Assembly: GCA_964035575.1 (NCBI GenBank)
Contig: OZ037833.1
Coordinates: forward strand, 372,001 to 436,000
Direction of reading: 5' to 3'
DNA from: Rhynchopus sp. YZ270_cl-10
Taxonomy: Eukaryota
DNA: 64,000 nucleotides
Shown: positions 42,936-54,892 of the stretch, one piece after another
Position numbering within the stretch: the stretch's first letter is position 1
How the letters are laid out: each line of letters opens with the position of its first letter
Position numbers and translations under genes: made by a program
Notes under the pieces: generated by a model
Seen by the model: the letters and a program-made list of their open reading frames with translations, nothing else
Database searches by the model: none
What the model was told of the DNA's origin: nothing

Positions 42936-44243
42936 TCACGCAAAGTACTCCACATTCGCCTGTTCCACCATTCCCTGGGAAAACGTATGGGCGAAACCCA
43001 GGTCCACGTTGCTGAACTTGTTGTTCCACACGTGCACAGCAGGGCTGGTCGCATCGAACACCCAGCCAGTCACGCCGAACCCCTTCACGTACTTGAGGTC
43101 GTTGTCCTCGAGGCGGAGTGGCGTCTTTGTGTCCCCTGTGCGGACGTAGATGGCGTGCTCCCCCACATGCGAGACTGTGTTGTGCGACACCACCTGTGCG
43201 TACGACGACTCTGGGGCAACAGGAAGTGCGTCAATCGGCCCTGTGGGGGTGCGGGCAGCGCTGTAGAGCGGTGTCTGGTGCATGATGATGCCGTTGCCGG
43301 GGCCGTCGTGCACAACGTTGTTTGCGACGTGCACACGCCCGTGGCCCACCTGGATGCCGTTGTCGTGGTCTGTCACACCAGCGGAGTTCACGAGGGCCGG
43401 GCCCGGGTGGTAGCCAAAGTGCTCAACCACGTTGTTGTGCACACTGCCCGAAATGACCCCCGCAAGCTGGATGCCGTCGGCACCTGTGTCGTAGAGGACG
43501 TTGTTGTAGATCTGCACGTTCTCAAGCAGGTGTGGGAAGAGCAGCTCGCCAGGGCAGGCGTAGTGCTCAATGCCGTTCACCGCGTAGTGGCCGATGTACA
43601 TCCCCTCCCCGTCCACAATGTGCTCAATCAGGTTGTCGTGGATCAGCAGGTTGCGCATCACAAACTTCGTCCGCAGCATCTCCCCACTGCACGTCGGGTC
43701 CGTCTTCGTCTTGATGCCGTGCTCCATAGCGTGCTGGATGTGCAGGTGGTCCACCTCCACATCGGAGCTCAACGCACGGATCGTCACTGCGCCGTTTGCA
43801 ACAATGGCGTGCTTTGCAAACGTGACACCCCCACCCGTCACGCGGAAGTGCTGGGAGTCAAGCACGCTGATGGCTCCCCCTGTGTTGAGGGTCACAGTGC
43901 TGCCGTCAGCGTTCGTGCGTTCCTGTGTGTAAGCGCTGGCGAGCGAGACCACACCGCCACAGGCACGCAACGTCACAACCTTCTCCTCAGTGCCCTTCAC
44001 ACCCTCGACCATGATGCTGCTGCGGGCACCAGGTTCAAAGCACAGCACATCCCCAGGCTGGATCAACGCCGTCCCAAACTTGTAGTAATACGGAAACGGG
44101 GCGCCGCCCGCAATCTTCGAGTACGCAGGGTTCACGACAAAGGTGCAGCCGCAGGAGGCAATCTGTTCGTCTGTGAGAACACTCGCTCCGGAGGTGGTCC
44201 CTGCCAAGGCAGCGACACAGGCAAGCAGCATGGGCACACGCAT
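42936..44243 (-). CDS. Secreted right-handed parallel beta-helix (pectin lyase-like) protein (435 aa)
   Basis: Signal peptide MRVPMLLACVAALAG; repeats IHDNLIEH..GEGMYIG, IYNNVLYDTGADGIQL, VHNNVVE and VANNVVHDGPGNGI. Confidence 0.88.
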   Translation of the reverse strand: MRVPMLLACVAALAGTTSGASVLTDEQIASCGCTFVVNPAYSKIAGGAPFPYYYKFGTALIQPGDVLCFEPGARSSIMVEGVKGTEEKVVTLRACGGVVSLASAYTQERTNADGSTVTLNTGGAISVLDSQHFRVTGGGVTFAKHAIVANGAVTIRALSSDVEVDHLHIQHAMEHGIKTKTDPTCSGEMLRTKFVMRNLLIHDNLIEHIVDGEGMYIGHYAVNGIEHYACPGELLFPHLLENVQIYNNVLYDTGADGIQLAGVISGSVHNNVVEHFGYHPGPALVNSAGVTDHDNGIQVGHGRVHVANNVVHDGPGNGIIMHQTPLYSAARTPTGPIDALPVAPESSYAQVVSHNTVSHVGEHAIYVRTGDTKTPLRLEDNDLKYVKGFGVTGWVFDATSPAVHVWNNKFSNVDLGFAHTFSQGMVEQANVEYFA

Positions 44244-44561
44244 AGTGAAAGGTGTAACGAATAGAAGAGTATTCTGTGGAGTGGTGTAGTCTTTCTTCTC
44301 TTCCCCGCAACGGAGAGGTGCTGTCTGTGCCTCCCGACTCTTAGCCATAGCCGACGCAGCGCTTCTGTGTCATGAGGAAGACAGGGGCAGGAAGCGCGAA
44401 CATAACTAAAAGGGGGGAAAGGGGAGTGTCTTTTATTATTATTATTGAGTGTGCCGACCATGACCATCACCATCACAATGCCACCCAAAGTCCATTGCGC
44501 TTTTATTCAAAAACAAAACAAACAAGGGGGGAAATGAAAGAAAGTTGAATAGGCGTACCCC

Positions 44562-46448
44562 TCAGGTGTGTGGATCTTGATCTCCCTTCCCCACCCCAAA
44601 GCCTTCGACTGGGTTGTTCCTTCCCACAGCAGTCGTGCATGCCAAGGCCACACTCAGAAGCCCGCCCTTGACTGTCGAGGGATGCACATTCAAAGGGCTC
44701 CGTTCACAAGGACAACCCTGTCCAGCGTCTTCAACCGCTGCTGCAGACACATCGCCTTTCAGGTACTTCCGCACTGTTGTGTTGTAGTTCTCCCACTTCT
44801 TGCTCTTCCCGATCTGGTACATCCACTCCTCAGCCTCACGTTCGGCTACTTCGTTGCCAGGAATAAGCTCGGCAACCACTTCAGGTGTGTCAGTGGTTGC
44901 AGACACTTCCACCTTGCACGGAATCAGGCGCATCTCGTGTTCACACTCAGCATCGCTGAAGCACATACGGTTGCAGAGCACATCGCAGCCAAGGATACGT
45001 CCTGCACGTTCCATCCCATGTACGTCACGCACAAGTGTGCCCACCATGCTGAAGCGGCGCATCACTTCACACCCCATGTCACCACGCAGCACCTTCCCAG
45101 TTGCAACACCGATGTTCACCTGCGACAGCTTCAACCCCCTGAACAGCATCGTTGCTGTGTGCAGTGCTGAGGTGGAGTGGTTTGCACACTGCCTTGACGT
45201 GTTGAACGAGCAGTGCACCCTGTCACCGACGAACACGTCCACCATCCCACGGTATGACTCTGTTGCTTGCAACGTCTTCAGAAGAAGAGTTGTGAAGAAG
45301 GAGGAGAAGTGTGCACTGTCCTGCTCCACCAGACGCAACGTGTCTTTGATGTTCACCGTCAGCAGAGTCGCCTTCACAGACGTGAGCCCCAAAGCAATGT
45401 GTCGCACGTTTGCAGCAGGTAAGCTTCCATTTGTGGAACTACTCTCAGAAGACGCTGTTTGCTCTTCACAATCTTGTTCTGTACCTTCTGAACTGACGTC
45501 TTCAGGGCACTCAACTTCGCTGTCTTCATCCACAAGCAGACACGTCAGTGGCAGGTACGCTTTGTACGACCGCAGGTTCTTCTCCAACGCACGCAGTGCC
45601 ACCGTCATCCCCTCAGGCAGCTCCTGTTCATGCTCCTCCAGCAGCTCCGCCACCTTCTCCACGTCATACCTAGCCAGGAGTGAGGCGATCTCCTGCACAG
45701 CGTTGATCGTCCGCTCCATTGATGCCTGCTCCTTCAGTACTTGGCGTGCGAAACCACGTGTCACGATGAAGTCAATAGAAAACACAGATATTGCACTTAA
45801 TAGGGTGAAAGAAGGGAACGCTGTTCGGCACGGCAGCGTCGCACAGTCAAACTTCTCCTTCGAGTAATACAGCCGTCCGAACTCACCTTCCTGTGCAGGC
45901 AACCCTGGCAGGTCGAACAGACCAAACCTGAAGCCCTCTTCAACACCAAGCAGCAACAACCACATGATAATGAAACAGACAAGACCTTGACTGTACCGTA
46001 TGGGCACCTGCATCACAAGCAGCACGTCGATGACGAGCACAAGCATAGGCCACTGATTAATAAAGATAACTCGTCCACTCAAATCCCACATCAGCAACCC
46101 ACATGTCATCATGTACAACGTGCCCACCACCACCCTTGTTGTCAACGGAACCCTGCACAGCACTGCACAGATCGCAATGGTGAGCCCAAGTATGAGCACC
46201 AGTGTTCCTGCTAAGACCATAGGGGTGCCTCTATATGCATCTAAATTGGTCACCAGGGAAAGTACACTAACACACCATCCCACACAGGCAAAGGTGAAGA
46301 ACTGTTTCCGCATCGCCCGCCTTTTCCTGCTCAGTGTCCCGTCCAAGGAGAGCACGCCATTGAGCCACTGCATCCCCATCTCCCCTCCTGTCAGGTATCT
46401 GTGTTCTTGTGGCAAAGTGGCACGTGGAGTAGGTGAATGCCCGTGCAT
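44562..46448 (-). CDS. Multi-pass membrane protein with a degenerate class III adenylate/guanylate cyclase domain (628 aa)
   Basis: About six hydrophobic segments, then NLRSYKAYLP, ATLLTVNIK, GMVDVFVGD.V..SFN and IGVATG....GDMG. The likely ATG is at 46448; the upstream ORF extension is low-complexity. Confidence 0.82.
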   Translation of the reverse strand: MHGHSPTPRATLPQEHRYLTGGEMGMQWLNGVLSLDGTLSRKRRAMRKQFFTFACVGWCVSVLSLVTNLDAYRGTPMVLAGTLVLILGLTIAICAVLCRVPLTTRVVVGTLYMMTCGLLMWDLSGRVIFINQWPMLVLVIDVLLVMQVPIRYSQGLVCFIIMWLLLLGVEEGFRFGLFDLPGLPAQEGEFGRLYYSKEKFDCATLPCRTAFPSFTLLSAISVFSIDFIVTRGFARQVLKEQASMERTINAVQEIASLLARYDVEKVAELLEEHEQELPEGMTVALRALEKNLRSYKAYLPLTCLLVDEDSEVECPEDVSSEGTEQDCEEQTASSESSSTNGSLPAANVRHIALGLTSVKATLLTVNIKDTLRLVEQDSAHFSSFFTTLLLKTLQATESYRGMVDVFVGDRVHCSFNTSRQCANHSTSALHTATMLFRGLKLSQVNIGVATGKVLRGDMGCEVMRRFSMVGTLVRDVHGMERAGRILGCDVLCNRMCFSDAECEHEMRLIPCKVEVSATTDTPEVVAELIPGNEVAEREAEEWMYQIGKSKKWENYNTTVRKYLKGDVSAAAVEDAGQGCPCERSPLNVHPSTVKGGLLSVALACTTAVGRNNPVEGFGVGKGDQDPHT

Positions 46449-48079
46449 GAGGATCAATAATATGATTGACAAAATGATGGGGGGGTTGCTTTGTTCGTAC
46501 TGTTTTTTGTTGTTTTTTTTGTTTTGTTTTGTTGGTTTTTTTTTTTTTTTTTTTTTTTTTTTTGTCTTTTTTATTGTCGTGGTATCGCTGTTTTTTTGGT
46601 TTTTTTTTGAGAGGGTGGGAAGAGAGAGAGAGAGAGAGAGTTCACGATGGACTATATGTTTCAAAAGAAAAGAAAAGAAAAAACGGATTCAGCAAAAAAC
46701 AAAAAAAAAACAAAAAAAATACCCCTCCCTCCCACCCCACATTTGCTAAGTCATTGTCGTTGCAACCTCCCACCCAAAAGAGGTGAGTTCTGTCCGTGAT
46801 TCGTCCGATATTCCTTTTTGAAAACTTGGTCGTATTAGTGTAGACACCCGAAGATGAACTCCACTATACTTTTTTAATATAAATTGTGCTGACAAATCAC
46901 TACAGGGTATAGATCTGTACTAAAGAAAAAATGTCGACAAATATCCTTTTTTTTTTTTTTTTTTAATTTATTGTATCTTGTAACCTCTACAACTCTTTAA
47001 CGGCAGGGAACCGGATGAGGTGTTACTTCCGGACTGAGGACTTTTTTTTAACATTTTTTTTTTGCATTTTTTTTTTCTTCACAGACGTGGAAACAGAGAA
47101 AATAATCACATTTTTTTTTTTTTTTCAGTTTATTTATATGGGAGGTGAGGATGGTAATGGTAGCAAATAAATATAAAAAAAAGACATTTGTGGAGTTGGG
47201 TATGCCTCTGTTTTGTTGTTGTTGTTGTTGTTTTTTTCTTTTTTTTTTTTGGACAACAGATTTTTATCATTTTCGATATCCATTTTTTGGATAAATATAA
47301 CAATATTGGTAGGACGTATTCCCCATGCTCATTTGGTAACCAAAAAAAAAAGTCGTAACCCTCGTTGTAATGTGCCCCCTCTCTCTCCTACAAAAGAGAG
47401 AAGTTCACAGTAACCCAAGAAAATCATCGCAATCGGAACAGGGTAATAATTTAACCCTCCTTCTCAAGGTCAAACACCCCCCCTCCAATGTTTTTTTTTT
47501 TTTCTCTCGGATTCCTGGATAAGGTGATCAGCCTGAGGTCTGTTCGTGCTGAGTCACACCTTTGACTTACAAATTGAGATTTTTTTTTATATAGAAAACG
47601 TTTGAAAAAGATGAACGTGCCTCTCGGGAATATTCATTTTTTTTAATTTTTTTTTTTCAAAGTTTCCTTGGTGCCCACATACTGAGAAGGGAAAAACCAT
47701 CTATGACCGAACGCATCTAAACTGAACACACTCTTGCTCAAATACCATTTTTTAAAAAAAGCCATCTTATCAACTGAAAAAGAACAGAAAAAAAATTGGG
47801 GGGGAAAAAAAACTGTTTCAGAATCCAATGCATCAAAGCTGGAAACAATATTTCTTGTTGGAAAAAAAAGTAGAACAATGGAAAAAAAAAAAAGGCAAAA
47901 AAAGATGAACGATGAATAGGATTTCATGAGAAAACACACATTCCTCCATAATTATGTTGTTCTTTTGTTTCAGCCACGGTTGGACCTTTCGAGCAAAAAA
48001 AAAATAACACATAAAATACAATTTGACTTCAGGAATTCGTATATGACAAATTGAAAGAAAAGCCAAAGAAAACCTTATA

Positions 48080-48220
48080 ATGGTGTGTTCCGGGGTATCG
48101 GAAAATACAAATTTTCATTTCAATTCACAACTCTTCACAAATCTTCACAAAAAAATGGCAAATATTATGTGGTGAAAATTGGTGAAAATTTGTATTTTCC
48201 GATACCCCGGAACACACCAT
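48080..48220. repeat. Foldback/MITE-like element with a perfect 38-bp inverted repeat
   Basis: ATGGTGTGTTCCGGGGTATCGGAAAATACAAATTTTCA at 48080-48117 and its reverse complement at 48183-48220. Confidence 0.85.
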
Positions 48221-50279
48221 AGAAGATGATTGTGTCTCTCCGTGCACAAACATCTGGAGAAGAAGAAAAAAATCAACTTTTTCCGTTTCTCGCAAATCTC
48301 CCGCCAATTGTTTTTGTACGATTCTATTTTTCTCTGGAAAATTCATATTTCATGAGGTGCAAAAAAAAGCAAAAAAAAAGAGGGCAATATTTTTACATCT
48401 TATGGTGCTCCGGGAGGGGTCGATATTGACAGGTCGCCGACAGGTCACCGACAGGTCGTTGACCGACTTCCGAAAGCACCATCTTAATTTATAAACGATT
48501 TGTTTTTTTTGGTCGGGCAATCTCCAAAGGGCATCGCTTAGCCTACTTCTTCTATGTAAAAATATGCACACAGAATTTCCTCTTCTTGAACTCTTTGAGC
48601 TGTATTAAAAATAATTTTCTTCCACCAATATTTTCGATCTTCATTTCAAGGGTCTCGACCAAAAGGAACCGCAAAAAAAGGGGTTTATTTGAAGGCGAAA
48701 ACAGAGAAACAAAATTGAAAGATGATTTCGTTTCTGCTTTTTTTGGCACCTTCAAAAACAAAATCTAAAACAGACCACACGTAGTCGAAAGGGCCACGGG
48801 TTTACATAAAAAGAAAAAAAACCCCCCGACAGATGGCATTAACCCCTAAAGGGAACATCCGTCTGATGAATTGCTTTTCTATGTGCAGCCACGTAACTCT
48901 ACTTGAAAAGGGAAATTTGAAAGATAAATATGCCTTCTCTGCGCACATCTTTTTAATTTGATAAATTGTTTGGAGCAGTGTGTAGTTGCCTCTGGTTGTG
49001 TTGCCACAGTTTTTGTGCAAATCTCCACTGTCCATTTATCCCCTTTTGCGGACGAACAGGGTGTATATCACATCGTACCCTTCTTCTTTTTTCTCTCTTT
49101 TTCTTGTTTGGTAATCTGCTGATTTAGTTTTAGCTCCGTTCAAGACAGTCTAAGACGCTCTGAACTTAAGCCTAAACTTACCGTCTTCGTAATAAATGTT
49201 CCGTAAAAAAGGGCGAACTTCCAGAAAAAATCCGGAAAAGGACGAACTTTATTACGGTCGAACATTTTTACTAAGACGGGATCTGGTACCAATACTCCAT
49301 ACGGTAGACACGACAGGGGATGGGAGCGGGGGAGGGGGAAGAACAACAACAAAATTTTTTTTTTTGCAGAAGATTGACATAAAGGCCTCTTAGTGCATTG
49401 TCATCTTGGGGGGAAAAAAATAGCTGAGCACAAAAAAAAAAACACAACAAAACACAATACAAAAAATAGCAAAATTGTAAGGGGGAAGTGTGGAGAGGAA
49501 AATACGTTTTTTTTTTCTTCGGAATATCAGTTGGATGAGTGCAGCTGCCAAACAAGCAGTGAATCCGTCGTTTGGAGGCCGTTTTTTTCTCTTTTTTTCT
49601 TTGAAAATTTTTTTTACCATTCCTCTTCTGAGAACGGAGCATGGTACGGTCCTGGAAGCTCCAAGAAAAATGGAGTCGGCGGGGCTTAATAGGAAGTTGC
49701 CTTTTCCTAAACGCGCACACACAACTGGCAAAAGGGGAGGTGTCGTCACTCACCTATATCATTTGAAATACCATTGCTTACCAATGGTACACTCTGATAC
49801 TGTTGCCCCCCCTTTTTTTTTTCTTTTCTGGTCTTTCAAATAGTTCGTAGACGAGCCTAAGACTGTCGTGTGAGAAATGCTGGGGAGAAAGAGTAGCCCT
49901 CTTCCCCCCTGAACGAAATATACCCCGGGACAGAAAAAAAACAACAACAAACAACAACAACAAAAAACATAATTAAATTTAAAAAAAAAAATCAGATAAA
50001 AACAATGGTCACATGGTGGACCATTACACAGTATTTGAAACATATAAAGGAACATCTAAAAAAAAACAACAACAAAAATTGGGAGGGGAGTGGGAGTTTT
50101 GAGTGAAGAAGTAAGAAGGAAAAAAACAAAAAAAATCTTGTTGGAGGGAGGAGGTAAAAAGAAAAAAGATATCAGTTTTTTCCCCCCCCCTCCCCACTTT
50201 TTTTGGTATTCTTTTTTACGAGCGGGCGGGCGTTGGGAGACCGGTTCTTCGTAACAAAAAAAAAAAAAGAGTGTTTTTT

Positions 50280-53200
50280 CACGGGTTGCCGACGATCGTA
50301 GTACGAAATTTTACGATCGTAAAATTTTACGATCGTTACGATCGTAAATTTTCGTAAAATTTCGTAAAATTTCGTACAACGAAATTTTACGATCGTAAAC
50401 GATCGTAGTACGATCGTAGACGAAATTTTACGAAATTTTACGATCGTAGTACGTTTGCCAAACGAAATAACGACTATCGCTTGAAATACCGTTCGATATT
50501 CCTTGCATGGTGTGCATGAAGCACACACAAGGTATATCAAACGATAATCAATCAGATAAAACGTTACATCATTGGAAAATTGTTGGCACCGCCCCCCTGT
50601 CTTCGTATTTATTACGTCGACAGGCCAAACAACGTTGGGCTCAGAAGAAGCAGTGCTGGACAGTCACTGGGGATCAACATGAGAACCAACTCCCAACAAC
50701 ACAGGCTACCGAAGTAGCAGGTGGGGTGTTGCGGGTGTTTGGGGTGAAAGAAAATCGATTTTGGTAAGTTACAGCAGAAAATTCTTAAGTTTGCAATAGC
50801 GAGAAGGGTTACATTGCTCTTGCGAGCTGTGAACCGGTAAGGTTGAGAAGGGTGACACGGCATACAAGTACAAGTACAAGTAAGACGTACCTTCTGCAAA
50901 GGCTGAATTCGCAATTCTAAGGGATATGAATTCAGCCCCCACTGTTTTTTTGAGATGATCATTCCATGGTATACTAGGCGTTCCCGAAGAATGAATCATC
51001 CCCTCCTCGTTCATGCAAACTCAAGAAAATTCTGAAGTAACTACAACCTGGCGTGCGGGTACAGATGCATTGCTTTGTTCTTTCCTCAAAGTCATGTGTG
51101 ATCTCTCGGGTCTGTACTAAAGTCAGTGTTTAGATAAGCATCCACTTGACTCGTTCTAACAACCGTTGAAATCTAGAACAAAACAATACACTGCCCCTTC
51201 TCACACCAAGCCGCCATGCTTCAAGAGCATGCCCTGGGCAAAAATTACTGTGACAAAAATTAGTTTTCTGGGGGAACGCAATATTTTCTTGTGCCTAGTC
51301 CTCCGCAAGCAGAGGACAGACTTTCCGGATCCCGAAGTCGAATTTCTTGCACTAGCTATGCTCCCTGGGTTAATGGCTATAGCAGTGACTGACAGAGTGT
51401 TCCCACTCCCCTTTCCACCCCATATGTTCGCTCGTTCTGCACAGTTGGTTCTCGATGTTGCACTCGCGATACCTGTTTAAAAGTGAAGTTGTGAGTGGTG
51501 GGGAATTTAAAGAAGGTAATTTCTTTAAAAAATAAGTTGGGGCCTGAGGGTGTAAAACATTGTTAGGGTAGATAAACAAATTTATTTGTTTCTTGTCCAC
51601 CGTACGTACAGAATCTCGAGATTCCCAGAAAAAAATGTTTGTTTTTAAAAATGTTTATTGTGACCTGAGCGGTACTTTAGAGTGTTTTTAGGCACACTTG
51701 TGACCCCACCGAGGAAAGCAATCGGCTCGCGCAATCAAAAGAAAGCAGAGAAAAGGGAAAAAATAAAAAGGAAAAAAGTTGGGTACCGTGCGCCTGCGGC
51801 GCTACCTGTTCCCAGTCAACAACACAATTTCATCTGAAGTTGGGTTTGCAGACCTGAAAATGACCCTTGCTTACGAGTATGGGTTCATACTTTGTGAAAA
51901 TTTAAGTCACTAAAATTTTGCCCATTTTTCCGTATATCCCCCAACACAGCCCGGGATTGGTTCGGAAATGCCACAAAACACTGTTATTTCCACCCCTTGA
52001 TGCACAACTGTTTGAGGTGTGTTTTTTTTTTGGTCCCGAAACACGATTTTTCAGACTTTCCAAAAGTGGGCACGAAGCCTGCTCCGTAACATTCAGGGCT
52101 AAGTGTGAGCTTCCTTCTTGTCAGTGAAGGGATGACCTTCGGGACTTAGCGAGGCCAGAAACATCCTCGGAAATGCTGAGCTGAGCGTGCAGAAGATCTG
52201 CCACGGAAGCATGCAAGGCGCTATCCGCGCAAAATGTGGAAGCGTTCTGGGAGCAGTGGCGAACCCGCTAAACGTACAAGAACATTATAAAAAACTGAGA
52301 ACTAACATCGCCGTATCCCCTAATGACACCTACCATCAACGAGGCATGTGAAATCAATGTAGTTGTCTCCCTTCTGCTTGCCCCGCTCCCATGGTAGCGA
52401 TTTTTTTCCAACATTTTTTCCCCAACTAATATTTTTTTCCGTACGTACGTACAGAATTTCAAAACGTCTCGGACAAGAAACAAATAAATTTATTTATCTA
52501 CCCTTATGGAGACTTTTTGGAGGAAATACGAGTCGACGGCCTTATTTTGTTGAATATTCACCAGAAAGTTAAACATATTTACATACCTTGTCTTGCGCCT
52601 TCGCTGCTGTCAAGGTGCCTTCTCTGGGTACCCAGTACCCAGTACCCATAATACCCAAATAATTTAGGATAATACCCACTGGGTATTATCCTAAATGGGT
52701 ACAACAAACTTGGGCACTAAGTGACTTTTCCCTTTTTTTTATTTGTTTCAATACTCCAAGGAATTTGCTAAGGAAAAGTCGATATTGTGGGCCCCTGTAG
52801 TAGTGCATATGGTTTACCCCCAGATCGTCAAAACACCCGATTTTTGCGTTTTTTTGCTCTTTTTGGTGCCCAAAAACCCAACTCAGGGGTCGAAATTTTC
52901 CCGGAAAAATTTTTTTTTTTTTTGAGATTTTTTGACAAGGCGCTGGCCCATACAAAATGCACTGGTGGTACAGAAAACTGGGGAATTAACTCTAGATGCT
53001 CAAAACAGCCCAATTCTTGCTTTTTTTGACTTTTTGGTCCCAGAAGGGTGCCTAGGGTGTAGTGAGCAGGCCTCAAAAACACTTGTGAAAAATTTTTTTG
53101 ATGTTTTTTAAGGTTCAAAAATCGACTTGTCTTTTTGGTAAAAACCACGAAATTTCGGGTTCGCAAAACCGCGTTTTAGACCCCCACAGATGCTCAAAAG

Positions 53201-53458
53201 TGCCAAATTTTGCTTTTAATGGCCTCAAATCGTCGAAATTAGCCCAATTTTGGGGCGAAAAAAAAAATTCGAGAGTCCCTTTCCCTGGGAGGCAATAGCC
53301 ACCGGCAACGACACCACTACGAAATTTTACGAGATTTTACGAGATTTTACGAAATTTTACGATCGTAAATTTTCGTAGTACGATCGTAAATTTTCGTAGT
53401 ACGAGGAAAAAAAGGCTACGATCGTAAAATTTCGTACTACGATCGTCGGCAACCCGTG
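50280..53458. mobile_element. 3.2-kb TIR element with 42-bp perfect TIR, flanked by TTTTTT (6-bp TSD)
   Basis: CACGGGTTGCCGACGATCGTAGTACGAAATTTTACGATCGTA at both ends (inverted); TACGATCGTA subterminal arrays. Confidence 0.88.
51566..52503. mobile_element. Harbinger-type element (TTA TSD) nested in the 50280-53458 element
   Basis: TIR GGGTAGATAAA(C/T)AAATTTATTTGTTTCTTGTCC; TTA at 51563-51565 and 52504-52506; shares internal blocks with 13984-16187. Confidence 0.8.
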
Positions 53459-53897
53459 TTTTTTGAAATATAAAAAATTGATACGGTATTCACCACACGC
53501 GGCCGAGGGGGTGTACTGCCTAACACTGACTCAGATGTTGTGACATTGGGCCGAGTCACTTCATATAACCCACCTAAGCAACCTAGATAGGGGGAGCCTT
53601 TTATGTGTTTCAGTACATCATCCAAAAAAGGAGAGAAAAAAAAAACGTTTGTAAAGAAACCTCCCTTCAGTAGCAAAAGAACAATAATAAAGAAAATACA
53701 GTACTGTTTTGACATCCAAAACAAAAAGAACGCCAAATTGCCCCCCCAAAAAAAAAATTGGGTCTTTTGTTTGTGCGCTCAAAGCCGGAAAACAAAAAGA
53801 TGAAAAAAAAAAAAAAAATGTGTTACTGGGGGGGGGCGAATAAGAGATGTGGCATCTCTTATTAGGCGAACGGACGAGCCAGAAATAATAGTATATT

Positions 53898-54043
53898 TTT
53901 TCTGGAAATATAGTACTCATATTTCCTGAGGTACCCCCAATGCTGCTGAGGGATACGATTTCCCGAGCCGAAGGCGAGGGAAATCGTCGACCGAAGCAGC
54001 ATTGGGGGTACCGAAGGAAATATGGTGCTATATTTCCAGAAAA
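53898..54043. repeat. ~146-bp imperfect palindrome with a central GCCGAAGGC mini-hairpin (palindromic MITE-like)
   Basis: TTTTCTGGAAATATAG..GGTACCCCCAATGCTGCT..ACGATTTCCC mirrored about GAGCCGAAGGCGAG. Confidence 0.8.
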
Positions 54044-54892
54044 TTCATATTTTCATTTTCGGTAATATTGTCCCGACGCACAAATCCGCTCGTATTCTGT
54101 GTGTCAAAAAACCGCTGTTATGGTTCAGTTGTATCTTGTGTGTCAAAATGTGTATGTTGGTGTGCTGGAAGGAGAGGGGTTCAGATTCATTTATATGATG
54201 ATATTTACCGACGTGGGGGATGGGGGTAGCTGGAACACTTTGTCATTTTGGGACTTTGATCGTTATGTGGATGTAGGGTGTTTTTCAGGGGTATGTTAAC
54301 CACGTGTGTGTCTTAGGGACCAAATTTTTCAGTAACGTGAACCAATCGGGTCGCAATGGTTCCTGGGGGCCCGGAGGGCCCCCATGCAGGAAAAATTTTC
54401 ACCAAGCCTGGGCAATGCTGGGCCCATATGGGGTTCCTATACATGTGTTTTCACGTGTTTTTGAGCACTTTTCAGGATTTTCGAAAAATTTTGCAACACC
54501 AAAATCGAAAATTTCGGTCGATTTTTCACTCTGCGACATGGTCAAAAAAAATTTTTTTTTGGCCGAAAAAATTATAATATTTCTATTTCGGATTTTACCC
54601 ACGATTTGTGTACATTCTAATATTTCTGTGCCAAATATTATAATATTACCCGGTACATGCAAAATTGGCTGTAAAGTAGCCGAAAATATAGAACCCGTAT
54701 TTCCAACGTCGCTGTAGGATTTGTGCAGAGGGACAATATTTCCGAAAATAAAAAAAAATTTTTGGGGGAAAAAAAGCAAAAAGACATTTTCGCCGGAGGC
54801 AAAAAAAATATTTTGACCACTTTTTTGCCAGACCGGGTAGACAGGGTAAAATTTCAAAATGTTTCAAGATAAAACCGTGTTGGATGCAAAAA

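Noticed and set aside
46449..46664. Lys-rich N-terminal extension of the cyclase-like ORF, and similar non-ATG extensions on other ORFs
   Set aside because: Derived from poly-A/low-complexity upstream DNA; downstream ATGs give shared starts or proper signal peptides.
3285..46749. Long + strand ORFs such as 3285-4544, 25400-26221, 32225-32995, 40626-41540, 42987-44264 and 44800-45867
   Set aside because: These are antisense shadows of GC-rich minus-strand genes and have no motifs of their own.
50990..51170. Possible hAT dimerisation-domain trace on the minus strand (SQVDAYL..DP...LYP)
   Set aside because: Multiple stops and only scattered residues; too weak to call.
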